64,000 bases of DNA from Candidatus Sumerlaeota bacterium (GCA_016931035.1 JAFGFN010000140.1:1178-65177), one strand, 5' to 3'; positions 8,575 to 17,795 are shown, counted from the first letter of the stretch. Numbers and translations: made by a program. Notes: generated from the sequence alone by a model not told the origin.

Positions 8575-11500
8575 CTACTCGTGGATGTCCCAGTTCGCCA
8601 CGCCGGTATCGGGCGAAGGAACGGAGCCGAAGCACGCGACGAGCGTCATGTCCTCGGTGACGTTGGTCACGGTGAGAGGGTTGGCGGTCGAGAAACCCTC
8701 CCCGTCTCGGGTCCACCGAAAGAAGCTGTGACCCGGCGGCGGGATCGCGCCGACCGGCGTGCAGTCTCCGCCTTCTTCGACAACCTGTGTGGTTGTCCCC
8801 GAGAGAGACGCGCCCGGAGTGCCATCGGTGAGGAAGACGACGGTGTAGCTGGTCACGGCCAAAGTTCGATTCACGACTGCGGCGCCGAGGGCGGTCTCCA
8901 CTCCGTTGCCGTTGCGCGCCTTGGCGCGGAACGAGTACTCCATATCGGGAGCCAGGCCGGAGATGGTCACGGTGGACCAGGCATCCGCCGTCCGCCAGGT
9001 CTCGCCGGTCCCCAGGGTGCCCGATTCTCCTACCCATTGGACGGTTGTCTCGCAGTGGATGGCGTACTCGGTCTGCGAGGAGTTGCTGTCGCTGGTCGCG
9101 ATGGCCGCGTCGAAACCGTCCGTACTCGGATTGCCAAGGATCGGCGCGCAGGGAACGGCGGCGTGAGTGTACCGTCCGTACTCGGTCGTCCGGGTGCTCT
9201 CACCGACGAGGTTGAACGAGGCCGCCTGGAAGGTGTAGAGGGTGTTTGTCGATAGCGAGGTTTGAGTGCAGGAGGAGACGTTGGCGTCAGTCGTCGCGAT
9301 CAGAGTGGAGGGAGAGCCGGTTCCCGGGTCGGCCCAGACTCTGAAGCCATCCTCGTTTGTCGAGTTGTCCGTCCAGGTCCACACGATGCGGTCCGTCGCG
9401 ACGTCGGCTGCTCCGGGATTCGTTGGCGCGACGGTCGAGGTTTCGTTGTAGACGAGATAGGCGCTCCACTTGGCCTGCGTCGAAACGCTTCCCGCCACGG
9501 GGATTTCCGTCGGGAACGAACCGAATGCGGCGGGTACGCGAAAACCGGAATCGCGAATTCCCCGACGATAGCCGGGCGCGTTGCGGCCGTTGTCCGTTTG
9601 GAACGCCAGCCAGTATGTGCCCGTCGGCAGAGACAGGTTTCCGGGAGTGCCGTCGGAGACCGGAACGGAGAGCCAGCTCTCCTCTACGGTATTGTCCAGG
9701 AGGTCGCTTTCCCAGAGGAGCGTACGAGTGGTCGGACCGTCGGCGTAGAGCGCGAGGCGGAGGCGCCCTCCGGCGTGATGAGAGTAGAACCGCATCCCGT
9801 TGAACTCGGCCGTCTCGGGCACGTCGATTCTCGATGCGTGGATCGAGTCCTTGAGAGAGAGTGCGGCCTTCACCACTCCGCCCCACGCGGTGTGGGTGCC
9901 GAACCAGGCCACACCGGCGTCCGGGTCGATCGCCGCGCAGGCCGAATAGTCCTCCCCTGAGGCTAACGCTTGGCCGCCCAACAACACGGGCGGACCGGCT
10001 GGCGTTCCCGGTCCTACCTTGACGACAAGGCCCGGTTCCCCACCGGCGAAATACGCGTTGTCGCCGTCGAACGCCGCGGAGGACATGTCGTAGTAGCCCC
10101 GAGGCAGGGTCAACGAGCCGATCAGAGTCGGGCTTTCATAGACTTCACCCAGACCGATCTTGAGTATCGTCGCGGGGATCTCCAGGGGATAGGTGGCGGT
10201 GTCGTTCACCCCGGTTCCGAAGTACGCGCATCCCCTCGCCACGTCGATCGCGGCGGAGCGGATCGGGTAGACGCCGGATTGCCCCGCGGAGCCAATGACA
10301 GTCGGCGGATCATCCCCGTCCCCCAACGCCACCTTCAGCACTTGGCTCCACGACGGACCCATGTAGGCGGGCGACCCATAGGTGAAGTACGCGTGGCCGC
10401 TCTCCGTGTCGATGACGGCCCCGCTCGTCCGCTCATTGTAACCGAGGTAACCGCAGTCGATCGAGGCCACGCAGGTAGGAGGCGTGCCGCTTTCCCCCAG
10501 CGCCGCTTTCACGATGCGGCCGTTAGTGGCGAAATAGCCGTAGCCGTTCTCGACGTCCAGAACGCCTTGCCTCACGTACTCTTCGTAGTACGGGGGCCCG
10601 AAGGTGAGCGTTCCCACTCGAGAAGGTGTTGTGGGGCCGTCTCCCAGCGCCACCTTGACGATGTGACCCGGAGACGTGTCGGTTCCGAAATAGGCATAGC
10701 CGGCGGCCGTATCGATGGCCGCGCACCGGATGTTGTCCTCGCCGGGCTCGAGTTCCAGAGTGGCAACGTATTGAGACGCCTCGGAATCGCCGCCGAGCGT
10801 CATTTTCACCACTCGACCGGGCGCGGTCTCGGTTCCGAAGTAAATGTAGCCCCGATCCGAATCCAAGACGGCGCACGAGAACTGGCTTCCGAGATTCAAG
10901 AGCGGGGTCGAACAGATCCGGGCGGGAGACGTGAGGGTGTCGCCGAGGGCCACTTTCACGATGTTCGGGGGCGATCCCAACCCGCCCGTATAGGTCGGAA
11001 AGAAAGCATGGCGGTTTGTCTCGTCGATCACCGCTGCCTGACAAAGGTACTGTTCATCCTCCTCGAAGGGCGCCTTCCAGAGAAAAGCGGGAGGATCGGA
11101 TCCCTCGCCCAGATCGACCACGAGCACGTCGCCGCCGTAAACGCCAAAGAGGCCGCGACTGGTCTCGGAATCCAGAACCGCCGTAACGGGATAGTCGTTG
11201 TAGGCGATGTACGAACCGAGAGAGAGCGCTCCCACCTGGGAGGGGGGATTCGATCCTTCGCCCAACGCGATCTTCACGATAGCCGTCGGATTGGTGTAGC
11301 CGTCTCGCCCGAAGTACGCGTACCCCGCCGGCACGTCGATGATCGCGCACCACGGATAGTCGGCGAATCCCCCGAGGTCGCAGGACCCGACTTTGACCGG
11401 TGGATTGTCGCCCGCTCCGAGGGCGACCTTGACGACGTTGCCGTCGCCGGCGGTGCCGAAGTAGGCGTAGCCGTGGAGCGTGTCGATCACGCCGCACAAG

Positions 11501-13680
11501 AGCCAATTGTCGACATCGGGGAAGTAAGCCGCTCCCACCTGCGTGGGCGGGGAATCTCCGGCGCCGAGCGCCACTTTCACGACGCCCGCCTGATCGCCGT
11601 AAGAAGCCCACGCACCCCGAAGACCGAAGTAGGCGTAGCCCGACGCCGGATCGATCAAGGCGCAAGTCAGGGGCTCCCCCTGGACGTCGAGCGTCACAGC
11701 GCCGATCCGCGAGGGGAGATCGTCGTCCGTTCCGAGCGCGACTTTGATGACGCGAGGAGGATTGGTGGCCGTGCCGAAGTAGGCATATCCCGTGGCGTCG
11801 ATCGCGGCGCACGAGAGCAGGTTCTCGCCCGTGTTCAGCCGAAGCGAGCCCACGCGAACCGCAGGATTCGATCCGTCGCCCAAGGCCACCTTGACAACCG
11901 TTCCCGGAGTCGTGTTCGTGCCGAAATAGGCATATCCCGCGGTTTCGTCCACCACGCCGCAAGCGATGTCCTGGTCGCTCTCCAGCCACGTCGCGCCGAT
12001 CTCTCGGAGGGGGGCGACCGGTTCGGCCACGTCCGCTATGAGCATCTCGCCGTTGGTGGCTAGCCAATAGCCCAGCCCGCCGGCATCATAGAACGCAGAA
12101 CAGCTGAGGTCCGTGGAGTCGTCGTTTGAGATCGGGCTCTGACCGACCACCGAAGGTGTGCTCGGCTGATCGTCCAGGAGGATTCCAAGGACCTGGGAAG
12201 AGCTGGGCGACATGGAGGGGGTGAGGGTGAAGTAGGCTCGACCCCCAGCCGCATCCAGGAACCCATGGACCGGTTTTTCGTCCAGGAATAGAAACGACGA
12301 GAGTGCGGGAGAGCTGACGCCGTCGCTGGGTGCAATCTTCAATACAGTGTTCACGGACCTGGAATCGATCCAACCATCCGCCCAACCGGCGTACAGATAG
12401 CGGTTGGCGGCATCGAACAAGAGGCAGGTCAGATCGGCGCCGTAGCCCAGCGTGTCGCCCTCCAGGGCCAATGAGGAAGCCAGGGTCGGAGTCGAATCGC
12501 CTGCGGGAAGCCCTACCTTCAACACATCACCCCCACTACCCCCGAAATACGCGAATCCGTTGGTCGTGTCGATGGCCGCGGCGGGTCCCCAGCACCCGCC
12601 ATAAACGGACAGATCGAGGGAGTTTAGGTGGGTGGGGCTGCTGACGGCATCGCCCAGCTCGACCTTCGCGACTCCCGGAGCGCCGCCGAAGTACGCGTAC
12701 CCCGCGGCCGGGTCGATGACGGCGCTCTGGAACCAGGCGACGTCACTGATCACCGCCGAACCGACCCGTGTCGGCGAGGCGTCGCCCATGCCCAAGGCTA
12801 CCTTCACTATGTAGGCGGGTGACGTTCTCGTTCCGAAATAGGCAAAACCCGCGGTCGGGTCGATGACACCGCACTCGATGCCCGACTCGGGAGGAAAGAG
12901 CACAAGAGTCCCTACCCATTGAGGCGGTTCCGGGCCGTCGCCCAAATCGATCTTCTTCACGGCGTTGGAAGAGCCGAGATACAGGTAGCCGTCTTCTTCG
13001 TCGACTAGAGCGCAGGTGAAGTTTGTGACGTAGACATCGCCTGTGCCGCAATACGAGACGTCGACGGAGCCGAACTCGAACGGACTCGCCATCGGATAGT
13101 CGGTGTCGCCCGCTTCCGTCTGCCCGGCTACAGGATCGGAGAACGAGAGAGAGCGGTCTTCGAACGAGTGCCCGCTCGCGTCGGTCGCCGTGAGCGCGAC
13201 CACGTAGTGGCCCTCCTCGAGTCCCGACGCCTTCCACTCGGTTTCCCAGAAGCCGAGCCCGCCGTTTGGGGCCGCGCCCCCGACTTTCGTCGGAGCCGGC
13301 GCAAGTGGAAAGACGGAGACGAGGCGATTTGTGTCGGGAGGGGCGTCGGCGGGGGAGCCGACGCGGACTCTCTCGGGTTTGCGTTCGATCCGAGCCTCGA
13401 CCTTCACGACGGGTTCGGCCGATCTGACGATCGCCTGGATCTTGAGTTCTCCGCCGTTCTTGACCGAAGGGGCGGAAAGCGAAGGAATCACATGAATTCT
13501 CTCGTCTCCCGAGCCGAGGGGCTGGGGTCCGGTTTGAAGTCGGGACTGCGCTTGCGCACGAGAGATCGGAAGGGAGGACGCGAGGAGGAGGGCCGCACAG
13601 AGCGTGCGCGAGAGGATGCGATGCGGCGCGAGTCTCGCACCGGAGCGTGATGGATTGGATGAAGCGACCGTCAAGGACAT
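8575..13680 (-). CDS. Giant secreted repeat protein (about 1700 aa): about 20 tandem YAYFGT/VKVALG repeats of 58 aa, then a lectin-like region, two FN3 domains and a C-terminal Listeria-Bacteroides (InlB B-repeat) domain
   Basis: Start at Met48 (MSLTVASS...signal peptide), which has an AAGGGG ribosome-binding site. The repeat unit is [AID]xxxGYAYFGTxxxPGxVVKVALGxGxxPPxxVGSLxL. FN3 hallmarks are present (WTWTDNSTNEDGFRV, LYTFQAASFN). The C-terminus YTVVFLTDGTPGA...GHSFFRWTRDG...MTLVACF matches the Listeria-Bacteroides repeat pattern. Confidence 0.8.
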   Translation of the reverse strand: MSLTVASSNPSRSGARLAPHRILSRTLCAALLLASSLPISRAQAQSRLQTGPQPLGSGDERIHVIPSLSAPSVKNGGELKIQAIVRSAEPVVKVEARIERKPERVRVGSPADAPPDTNRLVSVFPLAPAPTKVGGAAPNGGLGFWETEWKASGLEEGHYVVALTATDASGHSFEDRSLSFSDPVAGQTEAGDTDYPMASPFEFGSVDVSYCGTGDVYVTNFTCALVDEEDGYLYLGSSNAVKKIDLGDGPEPPQWVGTLVLFPPESGIECGVIDPTAGFAYFGTRTSPAYIVKVALGMGDASPTRVGSAVISDVAWFQSAVIDPAAGYAYFGGAPGVAKVELGDAVSSPTHLNSLDLSVYGGCWGPAAAIDTTNGFAYFGGSGGDVLKVGLPAGDSTPTLASSLALEGDTLGYGADLTCLLFDAANRYLYAGWADGWIDSRSVNTVLKIAPSDGVSSPALSSFLFLDEKPVHGFLDAAGGRAYFTLTPSMSPSSSQVLGILLDDQPSTPSVVGQSPISNDDSTDLSCSAFYDAGGLGYWLATNGEMLIADVAEPVAPLREIGATWLESDQDIACGVVDETAGYAYFGTNTTPGTVVKVALGDGSNPAVRVGSLRLNTGENLLSCAAIDATGYAYFGTATNPPRVIKVALGTDDDLPSRIGAVTLDVQGEPLTCALIDPASGYAYFGLRGAWASYGDQAGVVKVALGAGDSPPTQVGAAYFPDVDNWLLCGVIDTLHGYAYFGTAGDGNVVKVALGAGDNPPVKVGSCDLGGFADYPWCAIIDVPAGYAYFGRDGYTNPTAIVKIALGEGSNPPSQVGALSLGSYIAYNDYPVTAVLDSETSRGLFGVYGGDVLVVDLGEGSDPPAFLWKAPFEEDEQYLCQAAVIDETNRHAFFPTYTGGLGSPPNIVKVALGDTLTSPARICSTPLLNLGSQFSCAVLDSDRGYIYFGTETAPGRVVKMTLGGDSEASQYVATLELEPGEDNIRCAAIDTAAGYAYFGTDTSPGHIVKVALGDGPTTPSRVGTLTFGPPYYEEYVRQGVLDVENGYGYFATNGRIVKAALGESGTPPTCVASIDCGYLGYNERTSGAVIDTESGHAYFTYGSPAYMGPSWSQVLKVALGDGDDPPTVIGSAGQSGVYPIRSAAIDVARGCAYFGTGVNDTATYPLEIPATILKIGLGEVYESPTLIGSLTLPRGYYDMSSAAFDGDNAYFAGGEPGLVVKVGPGTPAGPPVLLGGQALASGEDYSACAAIDPDAGVAWFGTHTAWGGVVKAALSLKDSIHASRIDVPETAEFNGMRFYSHHAGGRLRLALYADGPTTRTLLWESDLLDNTVEESWLSVPVSDGTPGNLSLPTGTYWLAFQTDNGRNAPGYRRGIRDSGFRVPAAFGSFPTEIPVAGSVSTQAKWSAYLVYNETSTVAPTNPGAADVATDRIVWTWTDNSTNEDGFRVWADPGTGSPSTLIATTDANVSSCTQTSLSTNTLYTFQAASFNLVGESTRTTEYGRYTHAAVPCAPILGNPSTDGFDAAIATSDSNSSQTEYAIHCETTVQWVGESGTLGTGETWRTADAWSTVTISGLAPDMEYSFRAKARNGNGVETALGAAVVNRTLAVTSYTVVFLTDGTPGASLSGTTTQVVEEGGDCTPVGAIPPPGHSFFRWTRDGEGFSTANPLTVTNVTEDMTLVACFGSVPSPDTGVANWDIHE

Positions 13681-13846
13681 AGGTATCCCCTTTTCCCAGG
13701 AACGTCTTCCGCGATTTTCCGATGCAGACAAGACGCGTCTCAAGAACGCTTGAAGACACGTGAGACCGAGCAAGAAGATAGCACCGAGAGGCCGGGCAAG
13801 CAAGGCACAAGCGGGTCGCAAGCAGGTCGCAAGTCCTCGAAACCTC

Positions 13847-13878
13847 TTGACAAGGGGGTATTACATTATAATACGATA
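13847..13878 (+). promoter_or_regulatory. Sigma70-like promoter (TTGACA ... TATAAT) overlapping an AT-rich near-palindrome GTATTACATTATAATAC
   Basis: TTGACA at 13847 and TATAAT at 13867, with a short 14-nt spacer. A 17-bp AT-rich dyad sits in about 67% GC DNA. It lies 60-90 nt upstream of the RHH gene and znuACB. The dyad is operator-like, in the manner of a Zur or Fur box. Confidence 0.4.
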
Positions 13879-13937
13879 GGGGGAGGCGCCGCGGGCGGGA
13901 CCGACGACCGGGCGGCGAAGCGAGGAGGGGGTCTGTC

Positions 13938-14198
13938 ATGAAACGCTCGAAAAGCGGTGTCGTCACGTTCAAGGCGGACGGCTCGTTCCTCAACGCCCTC
14001 GACGGAATCGAAAACCGTTCGGACTTTATCCGTCGCGCCGTCCTCGCGGCCCTCGATAGCGCTTGTCCGCTCTGTCGCGGGACGGGCATCCTCACGCCCG
14101 ATCAAAAACGCCATTGGAACCGGTTCTCTCGGACGCATTCGGTCGCGAAATGCCGCGATTGCGACGCCACGCACCTGGTCTGCGGCAAAGAACGGTAG
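13938..14198 (+). CDS. Ribbon-helix-helix (CopG/NikR-like) protein with a C-terminal 5-Cys zinc ribbon; putative metal-responsive regulator of znuACB
   Basis: N-terminus VVTFKADGSFLNALDGIENRSDFIRRAVLAAL has the RHH pattern. C-terminus is CPLCRGTG...CRDCDATHLVC. GAGGAGGGGG ribosome-binding site. Sits directly upstream of znuA. Confidence 0.6.
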   Translation: MKRSKSGVVTFKADGSFLNALDGIENRSDFIRRAVLAALDSACPLCRGTGILTPDQKRHWNRFSRTHSVAKCRDCDATHLVCGKER

Positions 14199-14208
14199 GA
14201 GGTGTCGA

Positions 14209-15216
14209 ATGCTGCGATTCAACGGAAGCGCTCTTTCTCGAAATCTTCATCTCTTGGCGGCGTTCATCGTTCTTGTCGGATGGACATTGAGCGCGGGAGC
14301 CGCGGAGGACAAACCCGATCCCGGGCCGGTCTCGTCGCCCACGCTCCCGTCTCTGTTGGCTCCGACGAAGGAGACGATCCACGTGGCCGTGAGTATCGTT
14401 CCGGAAGCGTATTTCGTCGAGCGCATCGGGGGCGACCGGGTCCAGGTGCAGGTATTGGTTGCGTCGGGTCAATCGCCGCACACCTACGATCCGACTCCGC
14501 GCGAGATGGCCGAACTCTCGCAGGCGGACGTCTATTTCCGGATCGGGATGCCCTTCGAGGAATCGTCCTTGAGAAAAATCGAGTCGGCGAAGAAGGATCT
14601 GCGCATCGTGGACATCTCCAAGTCGCTCGTCTTCCTCGCTATGACCGAAGACGCCACGGAAGAAGAACCCGGCGCCGAACACGAGGAACACGCGCATCGC
14701 CGGGGCGAGCCCGATCCGCACGTCTGGCTCGATCCGGGACGCGTCGAGATCATGGCGCGGGCAATCTGCGCGACGCTTTTGGAGATTCAGCCGGGCAACC
14801 GCCCGTATTTCGACAGGAATCTCCGGACCTTTGTCCACGAGTTGGGCGAGACCGACGAGAAAATCGCCGAGATGCTCGCCCCGTTCCGCGGCCGGACGTT
14901 CTACGTTTTCCACCCGAGTTTTCGCTATTTCGCCTCGGCCTACGGCCTCGAACAGGCGGCCGTCGAGTTGGGCGGGAAGGAACCCGGATCGCGACACATG
15001 GCCCAGCTGATCGACCGTCTCCGGGCCGAGGGGGTGAAGACGATCTATGTTCAGCCGCAGTTTTCGAGCCGGACGGCCTCGGCCGTCGCCGAGGCGATCG
15101 GCGGGCGCGTGGTCGCGATCGACCCGTTGGCGAAGGACTATCTGGCGAACCTTGTGAAGACGGCGGAGGCGATTCGAGACGGTTTCGCTTCGGGAGCGCG
15201 GAACGGTGAGCGCTGA
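14209..15216 (+). CDS. znuA: Zinc/manganese ABC transporter substrate-binding protein (TroA/ZnuA family)
   Basis: Start at Met85 of ORF 13957..15216, which has an AGGAGG ribosome-binding site and a signal peptide. His/acidic-rich loop EEEPGAEHEEHAHRRGEPDPHVW is typical of ZnuA. Confidence 0.85.
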   Translation: MLRFNGSALSRNLHLLAAFIVLVGWTLSAGAAEDKPDPGPVSSPTLPSLLAPTKETIHVAVSIVPEAYFVERIGGDRVQVQVLVASGQSPHTYDPTPREMAELSQADVYFRIGMPFEESSLRKIESAKKDLRIVDISKSLVFLAMTEDATEEEPGAEHEEHAHRRGEPDPHVWLDPGRVEIMARAICATLLEIQPGNRPYFDRNLRTFVHELGETDEKIAEMLAPFRGRTFYVFHPSFRYFASAYGLEQAAVELGGKEPGSRHMAQLIDRLRAEGVKTIYVQPQFSSRTASAVAEAIGGRVVAIDPLAKDYLANLVKTAEAIRDGFASGARNGER

Positions 15217-15979
15217 CGAGAAAACGTCTTCTCCCGCCATCGAGATCTCGGGGCTGTCGTTTTCCTACGACGCGGTCCCGGTTCTCGAGCAGGTGGAGCT
15301 GGTTGTTCCGGCGGGGGATTTCGTGTGCATGGTGGGTCCCAACGGCGGCGGCAAGACGACGCTGCTCAAGCTCCTGGCCGGCCTGCTGCGTCCGACCGCG
15401 GGTTCGGTGCGAGTCTTCGGACTCGATCCGTTTCGCGAGAAGAGCGCGGGGATCGGCTACATGCCTCAGCGCGCCTACGTCGATCCCGAGTTCCCGGTGG
15501 ACGTCACGGACGTCGTCACGATGGGGCGGTTGGGGCGCGGCGGAGCGCTGGGTTTCTACGGTCGCGAGGACCGCGAGGCGGCGATCCAGGCCATGCGTCA
15601 GGTGGGGCTCTACGAGGTGCGGCGGCGCCACTTCGCGGGCCTTTCGGGCGGCCAGCAGCAACGGGCCTTTCTCGCCCGGGCGCTGGCGAGTCGCCCGCGC
15701 TTGCTCTTGCTCGACGAACCGACCTCGAATCTCGACTTGTTGGTCGAGGAAGACCTGTTCCAGCTGCTCGCCGATTTGAACCGCGAAACGACGATTGTCA
15801 TGGTGTCGCACGATCTGGGGTTCGTGACTCGCCTGGTGCGACGAATCGTGTGCGTCAACCGCCGCGTCTTCGTTCACCCGAGCAGCGAGATCACGGGCGA
15901 GATCCTGAGCGAAGTCTATGGAGGCGAGATCCGCATGATCCGACACGACCACATTCTGAACGGACGGGAAGCGGGATGA
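15206..15979 (+). CDS. znuC: Zinc ABC transporter ATP-binding protein
   Basis: Walker A GPNGGGKTT, ABC signature LSGGQQQR and Walker B LLLDEP. Overlaps the end of znuA. Confidence 0.85.
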   Translation: MSADEKTSSPAIEISGLSFSYDAVPVLEQVELVVPAGDFVCMVGPNGGGKTTLLKLLAGLLRPTAGSVRVFGLDPFREKSAGIGYMPQRAYVDPEFPVDVTDVVTMGRLGRGGALGFYGREDREAAIQAMRQVGLYEVRRRHFAGLSGGQQQRAFLARALASRPRLLLLDEPTSNLDLLVEEDLFQLLADLNRETTIVMVSHDLGFVTRLVRRIVCVNRRVFVHPSSEITGEILSEVYGGEIRMIRHDHILNGREAG

Positions 15980-16842
15980 ACGAGTTCTTCCAGGCGGTCC
16001 GGGACTACGATTTCATGCAACGCGCGGTGCTCACCGGGTTGCTGGCGAGCGTCTCGTGCGGCATCGTCGGGTCGTACGTCGTCGCGCGCCGCATCACCTA
16101 CATCGCGGGCGGCATCGCGCATTGCGTCTTGGGGGGAATCGGGGCGGCGTATTATCTCAACCACGTTCACGGCGTCGCCTGGATCGCGCCGCTCGGCGGA
16201 GCGATCGTTTCGGCCCTCTTGGCGGCGGTCGTGATCGGACTCGTGAGCCTCAAGGGACGCGAACGCGAGGACACCGTGATCGGGGCGTTGTGGGCGATCG
16301 GGATGGCGACGGGGGTTCTGCTCTTCTATCGCTCTCCGGGTTACACTCAGGACATGATGAGCTATCTCCTGGGCAACATCCTCATGGTGCGAAACAGCGA
16401 TCTGGCCCTCATTCTCGGGCTCGACGTCGTGGTGGTGACGCTGGGCATCCTGTTCTACAACCGGTTTCTCGCCGTCTGTTTCGACGAGGAATTCGCGCGC
16501 GTGCGAGGCGTCCGCGTCGAGTTCTACTATCTTCTCCTCCTGGCGTTGACCGCGCTGACCACGGTTCTTCTGGTCACGGTCGTCGGGATCGTGTTGGTGA
16601 TCGCGCTGCTCACGCTTCCCGCGGCGGTGGCGGGACATTTCTCGCGCCGTCTTTGGCAAATGATGCTATTATCGATTCTAGCGAGCTCGATCTTCACCAC
16701 CGGGGGGCTGGCCCTGAGCTACGGACCCGACCTGCCGTCGGGCGCGACGATTGTGCTTCTCGCGGGGGCCGTCTACTTGATTGTCGTCGTCGGCGCTGCG
16801 ATTCGGCGATGGGCTCGACGACGAGCGGAAGTCCCCCGGTGA
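15976..16842 (+). CDS. znuB: Zinc ABC transporter permease
   Basis: The ATGA overlap couples it to znuC. Polytopic membrane protein. Start at internal MNEFFQ of the longer ORF frame. Confidence 0.85.
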   Translation: MNEFFQAVRDYDFMQRAVLTGLLASVSCGIVGSYVVARRITYIAGGIAHCVLGGIGAAYYLNHVHGVAWIAPLGGAIVSALLAAVVIGLVSLKGREREDTVIGALWAIGMATGVLLFYRSPGYTQDMMSYLLGNILMVRNSDLALILGLDVVVVTLGILFYNRFLAVCFDEEFARVRGVRVEFYYLLLLALTALTTVLLVTVVGIVLVIALLTLPAAVAGHFSRRLWQMMLLSILASSIFTTGGLALSYGPDLPSGATIVLLAGAVYLIVVVGAAIRRWARRRAEVPR

Positions 16843-17015
16843 AGCCGTATCGCGGGAGGATTTCGAAGTCGTGATCCGAGGACGAAACAAGGTTCACAGG
16901 CAGGCTGAAGCCTGTACTCGGGACGGGGTTTTGAGCGCCGAGTTTTGAGTACGGGCTTTAGCCTGCTGCTTCGGCATCGAGACGCGACTTTGAAATCCTC
17001 CTGAGCCGTATCGCG
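16843..17015. mobile_element. MITE-like element of family A (149 bp; 17-bp TIR GGAGGATTTCGAAGTCG / CGACTTTGAAATCCTCC), flanked by a 12-bp direct repeat AGCCGTATCGCG; inserted immediately after the znuB stop
   Basis: Target-site duplications at 16843-16854 and 17004-17015. The interior contains inverted copies of the GCAGGCTGAAGCCTGTACTC unit forming a long hairpin. Related copies lie at 43810-43975, 24055-24140 and 56820-56945. Confidence 0.7.
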
Positions 17016-17081
17016 AATCCCGCGCCCGGTAACGATCGTTCTCGATATCCGGCGTCTTTCGGAAAAAGGAGGGCAAGGAAG

Positions 17082-17657
17082 ATGAAGATACTCAGATACT
17101 TCAAGACCACCCGCGCGAAATGGATCGCACTCTCGATCGCGTTGGTTGCCGTCGCGCTGCCCAAGGTCGCGTGTCGGCTCGTCAAGCCGTCCGCCGACGA
17201 CTCGGGGAGCGCGGGCCGGGCGAAAGAACTCCTTCCCGTCGGAGCCGACGCGCCCGACGTGACCCTCTCGGACGAGAACGGCAATCCCGTCCGGATCGGA
17301 GCGTTTCGCGGCGACAAGAACGTGGTTCTGGTCTTCTACCCTGGGGACCGGACGCCTGGCTGCACCAAGCAGCTGTGCGCGATTCGGGACGACTTCGCGC
17401 GATTCGAGGCGCGCGACACGGTCGTCTTCGGCGTCAATCCGCAAAGCGCCGAGTCGCATCGCGATTTCATCGAGAAACGCAACTTCCCGTTCCCGCTTCT
17501 CGTCGACGGCGACAAGCGGGCGGTTCACGCCTACGGATGCGAAGGGATTCTGGCAACGATTCGCACCGTCTACGCGATCGACAAGGAAGGCAAGATCGTT
17601 TTCGCTCAGCGGGGGATGCCGTCGACCGCGGAGATTCTCGAAGCCCTTGGACAGTGA
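17082..17657 (+). CDS. bcp: Peroxiredoxin Bcp (AhpC/TSA family) with signal peptide
   Basis: Peroxidatic Cys motif in YPGDRTPGCTKQLC. AAAGGAGGG ribosome-binding site. Confidence 0.85.
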   Translation: MKILRYFKTTRAKWIALSIALVAVALPKVACRLVKPSADDSGSAGRAKELLPVGADAPDVTLSDENGNPVRIGAFRGDKNVVLVFYPGDRTPGCTKQLCAIRDDFARFEARDTVVFGVNPQSAESHRDFIEKRNFPFPLLVDGDKRAVHAYGCEGILATIRTVYAIDKEGKIVFAQRGMPSTAEILEALGQ

Positions 17658-17710
17658 ACCAATGAGAAGTCCTCTTGGCCCTTCCGGGGATTCTTTGGAA
17701 CGGCGGGACC

Positions 17711-17795
17711 GTTGGCCAACTGAAGTTGGAACAACAAGCAGACCGCCTTGGGCGATTCCGGCTCTTCGTTCGTTGTTCCAACTTCAGTTGGCTGG
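17711..17795. repeat. MITE-like long hairpin of family C (arms CCAACTGAAGTTGGAACAAC / GTTGTTCCAACTTCAGTTGG)
   Basis: Perfect 20-bp or longer inverted arms with a 30-nt interior. Lies 55 nt downstream of bcp. The same terminal inverted repeat bounds a 200-bp element at 59615-59817. Confidence 0.7.

Noticed and set aside
9970-12063. 697-aa ORF on the plus strand inside the giant repeat gene
   Set aside because: It is antisense to a strongly supported CDS. Its Arg/Gly/Val-rich low-complexity translation is typical of high-GC antisense frames. It has no ribosome-binding site or domain signature.
10000-12800. DNA-level periodicity of about 174 bp suggesting a noncoding tandem repeat
   Set aside because: The periodicity lies entirely within the coding region of the giant protein and reflects its 58-aa protein repeats.
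16880-17000. Possible CRISPR array, suggested by the recurring 20-nt GCAGGCTGAAGCCTGTACTC unit
   Set aside because: The units occur as inverted pairs, not direct repeats. Spacing between them is irregular (25-30 nt and 0-60 nt). Copies are dispersed across the window and no cas genes are present. They are MITE/REP elements.
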